Shown here in pieces: positions 1-7,527 of a DNA stretch of 64,000 bases. Origin of the DNA: a virus; IMG/VR virus record IMGVR_UViG_3300032214_000566, positions 1 through 64,000 of that record; one strand, given 5' to 3'. Position 1 is the first letter of the stretch; each line of letters begins with the position of its first letter. The position numbers and the translations under genes are program-made. Under the pieces are notes generated by a model. That model did not search any database and had not been told where the DNA came from. It worked only from the letters and a program-made list of their open reading frames with translations.

Positions 1-8
1 CCCTTTTG

Positions 9-82
9 TACACTCTACAGGGATCGAACCTGTGACCTGTTGTATGTAAGACAACCGCTACTACCATCTGAGCTAAGAGTGC
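9..82 (-). tRNA. tRNA-Val(UAC)
   Basis: Reverse complement folds to a cloverleaf: acceptor GCACTCT/AGAGTGT, anticodon arm GTTGT-CTTACAT-ACAAC, T-loop GGTTCGATCC. Confidence 0.95.
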
Positions 83-151
83 TTGTTTTAGTTTTACAGA
101 ACAAAAGTAACCATTTTTTGGTACATATCGCTCAGTTTTACTAAATTTTTG

Positions 152-227
152 TGTCCCCGACAGGACTCGAACCTGTGACTCCCTCATTAAAAGTGAGGTG
201 CTCTAAAACCAACTGAGCTACGAAGAC
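152..227 (-). tRNA. tRNA-Lys(UUU)
   Basis: Cloverleaf; anticodon arm CCTCA-CTTTTAA-TGAGG; GGTTCGAGTCC. Confidence 0.95.
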
Positions 228-231
228 GTTG

Positions 232-305
232 TCTAAGTGACAGGGATCGAACCTGCGACCTGAGAGTCCCAAACTCCCCGCTCTCCCAAACTGAGCTACA
301 CCTAG
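232..305 (-). tRNA. tRNA-Pro(UGG)
   Basis: Cloverleaf; acceptor CTAGGTG/CACTTAG; anticodon arm GGGAG-TTTGGGA-CTCTC. Confidence 0.93.
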
Positions 306-311
306 ATATTG

Positions 312-400
312 TGGAGGAGAGAGCGGGATTCGAACCCGCGGATCCGTGAAGATCTCCGGTTTTCAAGACCGGTGCAATAAACCAACTCTACCATCTCTCC
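312..400 (-). tRNA. tRNA-Ser(UGA), long variable arm, encoded CCA
   Basis: Acceptor GGAGAGA/TCTCTCC; anticodon arm CCGGT-CTTGAAA-ACCGG; variable hairpin GATC-TTCACG-GATC. Confidence 0.95.
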
Positions 401-406
401 TTATTG

Positions 407-477
407 TTGTTCTCCAGGGACTCGAACCCCAATTCTACGGACCAAAACCGCATGTCCTGCCATTAGACGAGAGAACA
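407..477 (-). tRNA. tRNA-Gln(UUG)
   Basis: Acceptor TGTTCTC/GAGAACA; anticodon arm TGCGG-TTTTGGT-CCGTA; GGTTCGAGTCC. Confidence 0.92.
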
Positions 478-491
478 ATAATGAAACCAAT

Positions 492-505
492 ATGTCAAAG
501 AACTT
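492..505 (-). promoter_or_regulatory. boxA-like antitermination motif (AAGTTCTTTGACAT) inside the tRNA array
   Basis: Resembles the rrn-leader boxA core GTTCTTTGA; a second copy lies in the leader of the large ncRNA. Confidence 0.6.
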
Positions 506-514
506 TTTCTTTTG

Positions 515-587
515 AGGTCTCTATCAGGTTCGAACTGATGACTCCGGGTTACAAAGCCGGGATATTACCAAACTATACTAAGAGACC
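515..587 (-). tRNA. tRNA-Thr(UGU)
   Basis: Acceptor GGTCTCT/AGAGACC; anticodon loop TTTGTAA with a C31.C39 mismatch; T-loop GTTCGAAC. Confidence 0.9.
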
Positions 588-601
588 GATTTTTTGGGTA
601 T

Positions 602-632
602 AAAAAAACCCGAACTTGTTTTGAGTTCGGGT
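602..632 (-). terminator. Intrinsic terminator directly upstream of the tRNA array (possible attenuator)
   Basis: 9-bp stem ACCCGAACT/AGTTCGGGT followed by a U-run on the minus strand. Confidence 0.8.
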
Positions 633-666
633 CTTATATTTCTTTTATATATTTAAGTTAAATCTA

Positions 667-777
667 TCAACTCATAAATGAAAATGCCCTACTATGCGAT
701 TTAAGCGTTCTATAGCTATTAAACGACCACTGTGTGCTCGGATTACAAATGACCATATGTTGTTGAGTTGTTTTCAT
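667..777 (-). CDS. Putative 36-aa leader peptide (MKTTQQHMVICNPSTQWSFNSYRTLKSHSRAFSFMS)
   Basis: Open ATG..TGA frame between two promoter motifs (783-790, 822-829) and the terminator; contains many GC-ending codons (CCG, AGC, CAG, TCG, ACG, AGG). Confidence 0.55.
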   Translation of the reverse strand: MKTTQQHMVICNPSTQWSFNSYRTLKSHSRAFSFMS

Positions 778-821
778 CTTGTTATAAATATATCGTTGTT
801 CTTAAAAATTCAATTCTTTTA

Positions 822-829
822 CAAATATA
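822..829 (-). promoter_or_regulatory. Bacteroidota-type -7 promoter element TATATTTG (representative of class I)
   Basis: TAnnTTTG consensus; further copies at 1368, 1433(+), 3435, 5383, 5796, 7479, 7737, 19274, 20693, 30910, 32349 and 32900, all intergenic and upstream of genes. Confidence 0.75.
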
Positions 830-865
830 AGTACTTTTTTCTAATTAACAAGTACTTTTTTAAAA

Positions 866-1363
866 TTATTTCACTTGGAATGCACTTTTTACAATTTTTT
901 TGGTCTTAACCGCATCTTCATAGTTCCCAATTACAACACCGTCTTTGATTGTAAATGCGTGTCCGCTAACCAACACAAAAAAAGTTCCTTCAGGATTTTG
1001 TTTAATGAAGGTACCCACTGTCATCTGTCTTTTAACCTTTTCACCTTTTACTTTAACCTCATATACTAATGTCTTAAAATTTGACCCTTCTATCTTTTTA
1101 CCAATACTCTTAACTTTCTTATGGTTAACTTGAGTATTGTTCTCAACCATTTTATTTAAAGTCAGTACCGTTCCGTAAGTTCCTTGACGGTCTTTTCTTC
1201 CAAACTTCTCTTTAACGTAGGTATGAGCCTTGTCATAAGACACTTCAAATGCCGATGCAAATGCTCTTACAACACAATCGTTAGTTTCTGATTTCGCAAT
1301 TACAGAATCCGTATAACCTTTAATTGCTTTTGATGTGGCTTCGTATGGTAGTTTGTTTTTCAT
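866..1363 (-). CDS. Hypothetical phage protein with NDCVVRA...GH motifs (possible papain/C39-like Cys-His hydrolase)
   Basis: Start moved to MKNKLP, downstream of the TATATTTG at 1368; Cys and His motifs present. Confidence 0.6.
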   Translation of the reverse strand: MKNKLPYEATSKAIKGYTDSVIAKSETNDCVVRAFASAFEVSYDKAHTYVKEKFGRKDRQGTYGTVLTLNKMVENNTQVNHKKVKSIGKKIEGSNFKTLVYEVKVKGEKVKRQMTVGTFIKQNPEGTFFVLVSGHAFTIKDGVVIGNYEDAVKTKKIVKSAFQVK

Positions 1364-1459
1364 ATCACAAATATACAAAAAATTTTGAATTCAAAAAAAC
1401 CTAATAATATTTTTTGGTGTGATTTTTATCTTTACATTTGTAGAAATAACACGAACACC

Positions 1460-1876
1460 ATGAAAATACTTTCTTTAACTTTAGGTCTTTTATTATCTTC
1501 TTTAAGTTTCAGTCAACAAATTATTATCCATGTCTTTGAGAAGCAAGAAATGGTTTCCTTTCATAAAACAACATTGGATTCGGTAATTTCTAATCCCGAT
1601 TATATTAATGAGATTGATAACTCACACACAAGATACGTTTTAGATTTGAATGAAAAAACTTCAAGTTATTCGTATGACAGTTCAAAAATAAGTGTCCTAC
1701 CAATTGATTACGAAAATTATGGTGAGGGTATATTAAAAGTTAGAATCCTTGAAGATGGGTTTGACTATGGTCTTATAATTAACACAAAAGATGAGACCGT
1801 TTTATGGTATTGGTTTACAGATTATCAAACAACGGTTAGGAAAATATCAAAATGTTATTTTGAAAAGGTCTCTTAA
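1460..1876 (+). CDS. Secreted hypothetical protein (signal peptide MKILSLTLGLLLSSLSFSQ)
   Basis: Bacteroidota-style signal peptide ending in Gln; TACATTTG promoter at 1433-1440. Confidence 0.7.
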   Translation: MKILSLTLGLLLSSLSFSQQIIIHVFEKQEMVSFHKTTLDSVISNPDYINEIDNSHTRYVLDLNEKTSSYSYDSSKISVLPIDYENYGEGILKVRILEDGFDYGLIINTKDETVLWYWFTDYQTTVRKISKCYFEKVS

Positions 1877-1877
1877 C

Positions 1878-1908
1878 AAAAAACCCCATCTTTTCAGGTG
1901 GGGTTTTT
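1878..1908. terminator. Bidirectional intrinsic terminator
   Basis: AAAAAACCCCATC-TTTTCA-GGTGGGGTTTTT between convergent genes. Confidence 0.8.
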
Positions 1909-1914
1909 AATTAT

Positions 1915-2421
1915 TTATTTTTGAGTTGGTGCTGGTTTATATGTACCTACGGTTATTTCACACATAAAATTGAATTCAGAACCCCCCTTATTACCCGTCT
2001 CAGTATTAGGTTTTCTGGTTGGATAAACCAAATAATTAGAATTGGCAGCTACCGATTGTAGACCTTTATTTTTTAAAGTGTTTAATGCTGAGATTAATTG
2101 AGCATTACCTTTTAATAATATCGATCCGGTAATGGTTTCACCAACCAATTTTTGATTTGTAAAAACATTAGAAATACTAACACCTCCAATGGTCATTGAT
2201 ACTACAATTCCGGTGTATTCTTGAGCCGCCTTATTACCTAAACCCCCAAGAACAAAATTGGCAAGTCCGTTTGACATTACATTACCTTGGGCATCAATGG
2301 GTAAGTTAATTGTTATAGGTTTACATTGACCTGTCTGTTCGGTTAAATATTGTTTTGATGTAGCATTTTGGTGCATTTCCAAAATTCTACCCTTTTCTTC
2401 TTCAGAGATTAAAAACTTCAT
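1915..2421 (-). CDS. Hypothetical protein with MKFLISEEEKxRIL N-terminal leader (probable head-packaged protein)
   Basis: N-terminus shared with 3810-4142; TATTTATA motif upstream. Confidence 0.7.
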   Translation of the reverse strand: MKFLISEEEKGRILEMHQNATSKQYLTEQTGQCKPITINLPIDAQGNVMSNGLANFVLGGLGNKAAQEYTGIVVSMTIGGVSISNVFTNQKLVGETITGSILLKGNAQLISALNTLKNKGLQSVAANSNYLVYPTRKPNTETGNKGGSEFNFMCEITVGTYKPAPTQK

Positions 2422-2511
2422 AATCTTTGTGTTTTAATTTTTATTATTTAAAATATAAATATATTGATAAACAAAAAAGGTACCGATTACTCAGTACCTT
2501 TTAATTTTTTA

Positions 2512-2583
2512 CGGGTCGTAATGGGGATCGAACCCATGGCACGTCTAATAAAAGATTGCTCTGCCAGCTGAGCTACACGACCC
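2512..2583 (-). tRNA. tRNA-like RNA with truncated anticodon arm (undetermined or pseudo)
   Basis: Intact acceptor (GGGTCGTG/TACGACCC), D arm (GCTC/GAGC) and T arm (ATGGG-TTCGATC-CCCAT); anticodon arm only about 14 nt (ATCTTTTATTAGAC). Confidence 0.7.
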
Positions 2584-2639
2584 ATAATTTTTTGTGTTAA
2601 GGTAAACCTAAAAACACAACATCAATTAACCTACTTTAA

Positions 2640-2765
2640 TCATAATTCATTTAAATCAGAATATAAAGCCTCTTTTTCTTCATATTCAAACATTTCTTTC
2701 ATAAACTGAAAAAAATCTTCAGAATTAATAAACTCATAATGCTCTTGTTCAAAAACGTCTCCCAT
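2640..2765 (-). CDS. Small acidic hypothetical protein (41 aa, MGDVFEQEHYEF...)
   Basis: Open frame read by eye; below the ORF-track size cutoff. Confidence 0.55.
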   Translation of the reverse strand: MGDVFEQEHYEFINSEDFFQFMKEMFEYEEKEALYSDLNEL

Positions 2766-2803
2766 AACTAGATTTTTTGTTTCTATCCATATATTTATAG
2801 TAT

Positions 2804-3166
2804 ATGGAAAATAAAGTTTGTACTCAATGCGGTGAATTAAAATCTATAAATGATTTTTACAAAAAAAAGGGGTTCAATAATCCTCAATCAAAATGTAAAT
2901 CATGTTTTAATAAATACTGTGTCGATAGATGGGTAAATAAAAAAATAAGTTACATCATCTATAAAGGTTCTGAATGTGTTGACTGTGGTTTATCATACCC
3001 AAAAGAACCCTATGTAATATTTGATTTTCATCATCGTGACCCAAATGTTAAGGAATTTGATTGGTCAAAGCTCAGATTAAAATCGGAATCTAAAATAAAA
3101 GAGGAGATTGACAAATGTGACCTCCTCTGTTCTAATTGTCATAGGAAAAAACATTTCCTTTTGTAG
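2804..3166 (+). CDS. HNH homing endonuclease with N-terminal zinc finger
   Basis: CTQC...CKSC, then CVDC...FDFHHRDP...KCDLLCSNCHR; lies antisense within the tRNA region. Confidence 0.85.
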   Translation: MENKVCTQCGELKSINDFYKKKGFNNPQSKCKSCFNKYCVDRWVNKKISYIIYKGSECVDCGLSYPKEPYVIFDFHHRDPNVKEFDWSKLRLKSESKIKEEIDKCDLLCSNCHRKKHFLL

Positions 3167-3237
3167 TCCCGCCAGGATTCAAACCTGGAATCTACTCATT
3201 AGAAGTGAGTTGCATTATTCAATTATGCTACAGGACC
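3164..3237 (-). tRNA. tRNA-Arg(UCU)
   Basis: Anticodon arm ACTCA-CTTCTAA-TGAGT; T-loop TTTGAAT with apparently compensatory A19 in the D-loop. Confidence 0.9.
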
Positions 3238-3243
3238 ATATCA

Positions 3244-3420
3244 TTAAACTTTCTTAACTTCGTATTTGTGACCTGAATCTGTGTTGGTATTGAAGATGTT
3301 GACCATCTCCTGTGCTTTATCTTTATTATCAAATTCCCAAACTTCACCTTGTGTGTCTAACATAATCACAGGTAGAACTCGATTGTTCGAGGTTTTTACG
3401 TGTTTTACAATTACATACAT
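3244..3420 (-). CDS. Small hypothetical protein (58 aa, MYVIVKHVK...)
   Basis: Open frame behind the TATATTTG promoter at 3435. Confidence 0.65.
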   Translation of the reverse strand: MYVIVKHVKTSNNRVLPVIMLDTQGEVWEFDNKDKAQEMVNIFNTNTDSGHKYEVKKV

Positions 3421-3510
3421 ATCCTTTGTTTTTACAAATATATATAATTTATTTTAAATAAAAAACCCCCCAATTAAAAAAAGGAGGGTTATAAATTATT
3501 TTTTATTATT

Positions 3511-3807
3511 TTATTTTCCAATTATTAAATTATCTAAATCAATTCCACCATGTTTCATCTTATCCTCAACCTCATCGTACATAAACGATTTAACAACCGC
3601 AGTGATTGATTGTTCTGATTGAGCAATCTTTGTCTCCATCCAATCTTCCAATTGGTCTCCTTCTTCCATTATTTCCCACATTTTATAAGCCAAAGTTGCA
3701 ATTGTAAACAATTGTTGTTTTGCCATGTAGGAACCTTCCTGGTTCTCTTCTTTTAGTTGTCTTACAACATCCTCTAATTGTTTCTCTGTGATTATAATCT
3801 TACTCAT
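3511..3807 (-). CDS. Hypothetical protein, MSKIIITEKQL leader (EGSYMAKQQL...LEDWMETKI phage motif)
   Basis: ORF track; leader-type N-terminus. Confidence 0.7.
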   Translation of the reverse strand: MSKIIITEKQLEDVVRQLKEENQEGSYMAKQQLFTIATLAYKMWEIMEEGDQLEDWMETKIAQSEQSITAVVKSFMYDEVEDKMKHGGIDLDNLIIGK

Positions 3808-3809
3808 AA

Positions 3810-4142
3810 TTAATAGTTCTCTGAAGATCTCTCTTCTTCACCTTTTATTTCATTTTTTAATATACCTATATAAGATTCTAACTCTGAAATGGTATGTTTT
3901 AATCTTTCAATTCTTTCTTCTGAACTTAATTTTTTAAACCCTTGTTCTCTTTTATAGTAAGGCATTGTTACATCTCTTAAATCTGCATAAAAATTAGGTT
4001 TTTCTTCTACATCAATTTCAACATCATCTGTTGGTGACCCGTACATATCATCTTCTTTGATGTATTGTTTTTTTGTTGCAATGATATGGTGATTAAGAAT
4101 TCTACTTCTTTCTTCTTCCGTTATAATGAAACTTTTATTCAT
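3810..4142 (-). CDS. Hypothetical protein with FIITEEERSRIL leader
   Basis: N-terminus paralogous to 1915-2421. Confidence 0.7.
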   Translation of the reverse strand: MNKSFIITEEERSRILNHHIIATKKQYIKEDDMYGSPTDDVEIDVEEKPNFYADLRDVTMPYYKREQGFKKLSSEERIERLKHTISELESYIGILKNEIKGEEERSSENY

Positions 4143-4169
4143 AGTCTGTTTTTTTATATAAATATTATA

Positions 4170-4985
4170 TTACCATGTTCTACATGCCCAATATCTTGGT
4201 TTCCATCTTGGTCCAGGATTATCACAATTGTGTCTTGCTCTAAATGATCGTCTACGTTCAGGATTGTTCTTTTTGATAACCATTCTTTTTCCTTTTGCCG
4301 ATTTACCACCGAACCCGAAGTTTACTTTAACAACCTTACCTTTATCGTTTTTAACGTACACCTTGAACTTTTTAATGTCTCCTTGCATAATCTTACCAAG
4401 TTGAACTTTTCGTCCCTGATACTCCGCCTCATTCAACATTGAAGTTGGTTTGATTGAGGTTTTTTGAACTATTCCATATACATCTTCGTATATAGTCGTC
4501 TCATCCATTTCTTCATCTTTTGAAAAATCCAAATAGACTCCAATGAAATCATTCAAATCCATTATAATTCTTTCTTTGTTCAATTGTCTTCTTTGGTCAT
4601 TCACTACACTAGATTCAACATCCGTTTTGAGGTATTTAGAAAACAAACTTTTTAATTTTTTTAACAACTTAAGCCTATCTTCATTGTCAAATTCTGGAAC
4701 TCCTCTTTCATTATCTTTTTGGAAATCTTCCTCAACGTCAAACTCATCATAATCCTTATCTAACTCTAAGTGGATGTATTCAAGAATGGTACCCATTATG
4801 TTTCTTCTATTTTCGAATATAGTTTTTTCATCGTATTTACTTATCCTTCTTAAAAAAACTCTAATAGATGTCATTAATTTTTTAAGTTCCTGTGTAGCAT
4901 CGATATCACGACGATACTCAGGTAACTCGTGACGCAAATAACCATCTTCCAATAAAACCTTTCTGATAATACTTGTTAAATCCAT
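4170..4985 (-). CDS. Hypothetical protein with a C-terminal basic domain common in T4-like phages (DUF6321-like)
   Basis: EAEYQGRKV...KVNFG...RRSFRARHNC...RYWACRTW; start moved to MDLTSII, after the terminator at about 5008-5036 and TATTTATA at 4990. Confidence 0.7.
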   Translation of the reverse strand: MDLTSIIRKVLLEDGYLRHELPEYRRDIDATQELKKLMTSIRVFLRRISKYDEKTIFENRRNIMGTILEYIHLELDKDYDEFDVEEDFQKDNERGVPEFDNEDRLKLLKKLKSLFSKYLKTDVESSVVNDQRRQLNKERIIMDLNDFIGVYLDFSKDEEMDETTIYEDVYGIVQKTSIKPTSMLNEAEYQGRKVQLGKIMQGDIKKFKVYVKNDKGKVVKVNFGFGGKSAKGKRMVIKKNNPERRRSFRARHNCDNPGPRWKPRYWACRTW

Positions 4986-5097
4986 ATGATATAAATATAT
5001 GGTATAATAAAAAAAGGTGGAATCTCTTCCACCTTTATAGGGTCGACATTGAATGTCAACGCTCCACCACTTTGTTTTTAAGATGCAAACAAAGAAA

Positions 5098-5364
5098 CTA
5101 TCCTTCAAGTTTTGATTTAGCAACAACAACATCAGCCATCGTTACGTCTTTTGTATTACCCAAAACTAAACTTTCTTTTAACATAACACTTGGGACATGG
5201 ATTAAAAAGTCTTTACCATTAAAAGTAGTAAAGTCATTACCTAACGCCAATGCGGTATGAATCATTTTTAAAAATATTTTAAATTGTGTTTCATCAACAA
5301 ACGTTTCGTTGATTAACTCCCCATACTTTGGGTGAACAAGTAATATGTGTTTAACTGATACCAT
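5098..5364 (-). CDS. Hypothetical protein
   Basis: ORF with a class I promoter at 5383. Confidence 0.7.
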   Translation of the reverse strand: MVSVKHILLVHPKYGELINETFVDETQFKIFLKMIHTALALGNDFTTFNGKDFLIHVPSVMLKESLVLGNTKDVTMADVVVAKSKLEG

Positions 5365-5407
5365 TTTCCCTTATTGTTTCTACAAATATAAAAAGATTAT
5401 TTTAAAA

Positions 5408-5791
5408 TTACAAATAACCCCAAGTAATTTTTTTAATAACAACTTGGTCAATGTTGTTTAATGCGAAATATTTTAACTCATCGTTGATTGGTTTTTCCAT
5501 TTTATTTCTGTAAAACCTATTAGCAGTTCTTGGGTTTCTTTTACAATAACTTGTCGACCATGTGTATCCGTTATATTTCATGTCAACAATTACGTCAAAC
5601 TCATATATGTAACGTCTTTGGTCATAGTAATCATTATAAGGGTGTTCATATTTTCTAATGTTTGTGATTTTGAAAACCGCATTTTCCAATTCACTCCAAT
5701 TATATAATTTCTCCATAGGTAAAATACCCTTTAATAAGTATTTTTTAATTATCGATATTTGTTTGTCTTTTACCAATTTCCCTTTTTCCAT
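5408..5791 (-). CDS. Hypothetical protein
   Basis: ORF with a class I promoter at 5796. Confidence 0.7.
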   Translation of the reverse strand: MEKGKLVKDKQISIIKKYLLKGILPMEKLYNWSELENAVFKITNIRKYEHPYNDYYDQRRYIYEFDVIVDMKYNGYTWSTSYCKRNPRTANRFYRNKMEKPINDELKYFALNNIDQVVIKKITWGYL

Positions 5792-5844
5792 ACCACAAAG
5801 ATATATAAAAAAATGAATTACGCAAAAAACTTTATAAAATAATT

Positions 5845-6462
5845 TTACCTAGACCAATAACCGTCACCCCAATTGTCTTCAGTCCACCAATCTTCTCTCA
5901 AAATAAATCCCTGTGTTGAAAGGAATTCACATAGTTCTTGTAGTGTTGGGCAACCTTCATACATTTCCAAATTATTAATCTCACAAAAAATATGGTCAAT
6001 ATTATTTAAAGTTTTTATTGAACCTTTTAATACTTCCAACTCAAATCCTTGGACATCAACCACTAAGACGTTCGCCCCTGTAATGTTAAAATGGTCTAAA
6101 GTTTTTATCTCCAAATAATCTGATTGCTCAAAATGAATGTTTGGATATTGTTCGAGATGTTTTTTTGGTTTACTAAATGATGCACTTTCACCCCTATTTT
6201 CATTTTCAGTCCATATCTGTTTCATTTCATTTTTTGAACCTAAACCATTATTATAAAAATGATTATTTGGTTTTTCCCCCAAATTATTTAATAACATTTT
6301 ATAAATGTCTCTTTGTGGTTCAAACCAATGAATGGGTATGTCCTTAAAAAATGTGGTCTGATATTCTTCGTACTCACCACCATCGTGAGCACCTACGTGG
6401 ATTATTCCCTTAACATTTGAGAAATCGTACTTATGTATGTAATTATATATTCCTATTATCAT
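5845..6462 (-). CDS. FkbM-family (Methyltransf_21) SAM-dependent methyltransferase
   Basis: IIHVGAHDG...FEP...TLD...VDVQGFELEVLKG motifs. Confidence 0.88.
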   Translation of the reverse strand: MIIGIYNYIHKYDFSNVKGIIHVGAHDGGEYEEYQTTFFKDIPIHWFEPQRDIYKMLLNNLGEKPNNHFYNNGLGSKNEMKQIWTENENRGESASFSKPKKHLEQYPNIHFEQSDYLEIKTLDHFNITGANVLVVDVQGFELEVLKGSIKTLNNIDHIFCEINNLEMYEGCPTLQELCEFLSTQGFILREDWWTEDNWGDGYWSR

Positions 6463-6489
6463 GTTTTAATTATAGTGAAGTTTTCGCAT

Positions 6490-6519
6490 AAAAAAAGGGA
6501 TCGATTCACATCGTCCCTA
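6490..6519 (-). terminator. Intrinsic terminator downstream of the large ncRNA
   Basis: AGGGACGAT-GTGA-ATCGATCCCT followed by a U-run. Confidence 0.7.
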
Positions 6520-6548
6520 AATTTTTTTTAACTTAATAAGTTGTACCT

Positions 6549-7370
6549 AAAAAGAACGCTGAGATTACACGTTTCAGTGAGAAAACTTTAGAAGGATTAT
6601 TGGTTCCCTTCGTATCCACCATCTTTTGAATGGTATTCCTCAGTGACGATTATTTAGGTGAATCACTCCTTGAGGTAACAGTTACTCTCTTATTACTTGA
6701 CTCTCTTCGAGGATGCCTCCCCAACTCTTCCTTGCGGGAATAGAGGTGTTTGGTAAGAATATCGTCAAACTTGCGGTTTAATCGATGCAATGAACGGCTC
6801 ATTACTATGTAGTCACCTTTCACTGTTACCTGACGGACACTTTTGCTTTACGTTATATCATGAATTTTACTTCCTAATTGTAAAATAAAGTTTTTGTGTC
6901 GTGGATTGGAGAAGTAGTGGTCCGTCACGGGCTTCGCTATCTTTTGAACAACGAAATACTCAACTACTCCTTGAAATGTCCCCATTTCCATATTTTAAGA
7001 CCACTTCGAGATTAATCCCTTGGTAGAGATTTATCAAGGACAATGTCAGCACCACCTGTTTGTTGTCATACCTTTCGGTTTTAAGTACCCTTTGATATTG
7101 GAACACGCAATTATGAAATCGGATAACTTCATTTTTTGCAATATTCCTACGGGTTATTCCTATTGGTGTTCCCACCTCAATCAGACGACCCACATCGCCA
7201 AATCACTTAACCAGTTTCCCTACAGCGTTGCCCTCGGTACTCAAGGTTAAGCGGTATCCCGCTTGTATACTCGACCTCGATTACTCAAGGCGCAAACCCA
7301 ACACACTAGAGGGTTCACTTTATCCTACTTTCGTAGTTTATTTTATGGACTATATACGGCCCAAGATCTT
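6549..7370 (-). ncRNA. Large structured ncRNA, GOLLD-like (about 820 nt)
   Basis: No credible ORF; GC-richer than the flanks; many hairpins with GAAA/GCAA tetraloops (CTAC-GAAA-GTAG, ACC-GAAA-GGT, TTCCC-GCAA-GGAA); 3' segment GTGTAATCTCAGCG as I recall from GOLLD RNAs; own promoter and terminator. Confidence 0.75.
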
Positions 7371-7441
7371 CATGTTAACACTTTAAAGAAAGGGGGGTTA
7401 ATCTCTCACTTATCTTTGTTAATCACTTCAATCGATTATAA

Positions 7442-7486
7442 TTTCAAAGAACTTTTCGGACTTTTCCGATTTGTTTTACAAAGTTA
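7442..7486 (-). promoter_or_regulatory. Promoter (TAACTTTG), boxB-like hairpin (TCGGA-AAAG-TCCGA) and boxA (AAGTTCTTTGAAA) of the ncRNA
   Basis: Order promoter, hairpin, boxA matches rrn operon leaders. Confidence 0.6.
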
Positions 7487-7527
7487 CGATATTTGTTTTG
7501 TTATATCAAGTACTTTGTGAACTTTTT

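Noticed and set aside
83-150. Hammerhead-like motif in the Lys-Val tRNA spacer (CTGAGCGA)
   Set aside because: It does not match CUGANGA, and the GAAA core and three stems are missing.
346-603. 85-aa plus-strand ORF
   Set aside because: It is antisense to tRNA-Ser, Gln and Thr, so it is a shadow ORF.
5037-5075. Hairpin TTGACATT-C-AATGTCGA upstream of a terminator
   Set aside because: It is too short and has no clear promoter; most simply a 3' UTR structure of the 5098-5364 gene.
6549-7370. Group I/II intron, rRNA fragment, tmRNA or RNase P
   Set aside because: It interrupts no gene and has its own promoter and terminator. I could not find the diagnostic motifs (group II domain V, tRNA-like tmRNA ends, RNase P P4).
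6960-7520. Short ORFs within the GC-richer block
   Set aside because: They have no protein-like features and overlap on both strands; the structured ncRNA explains the region better.
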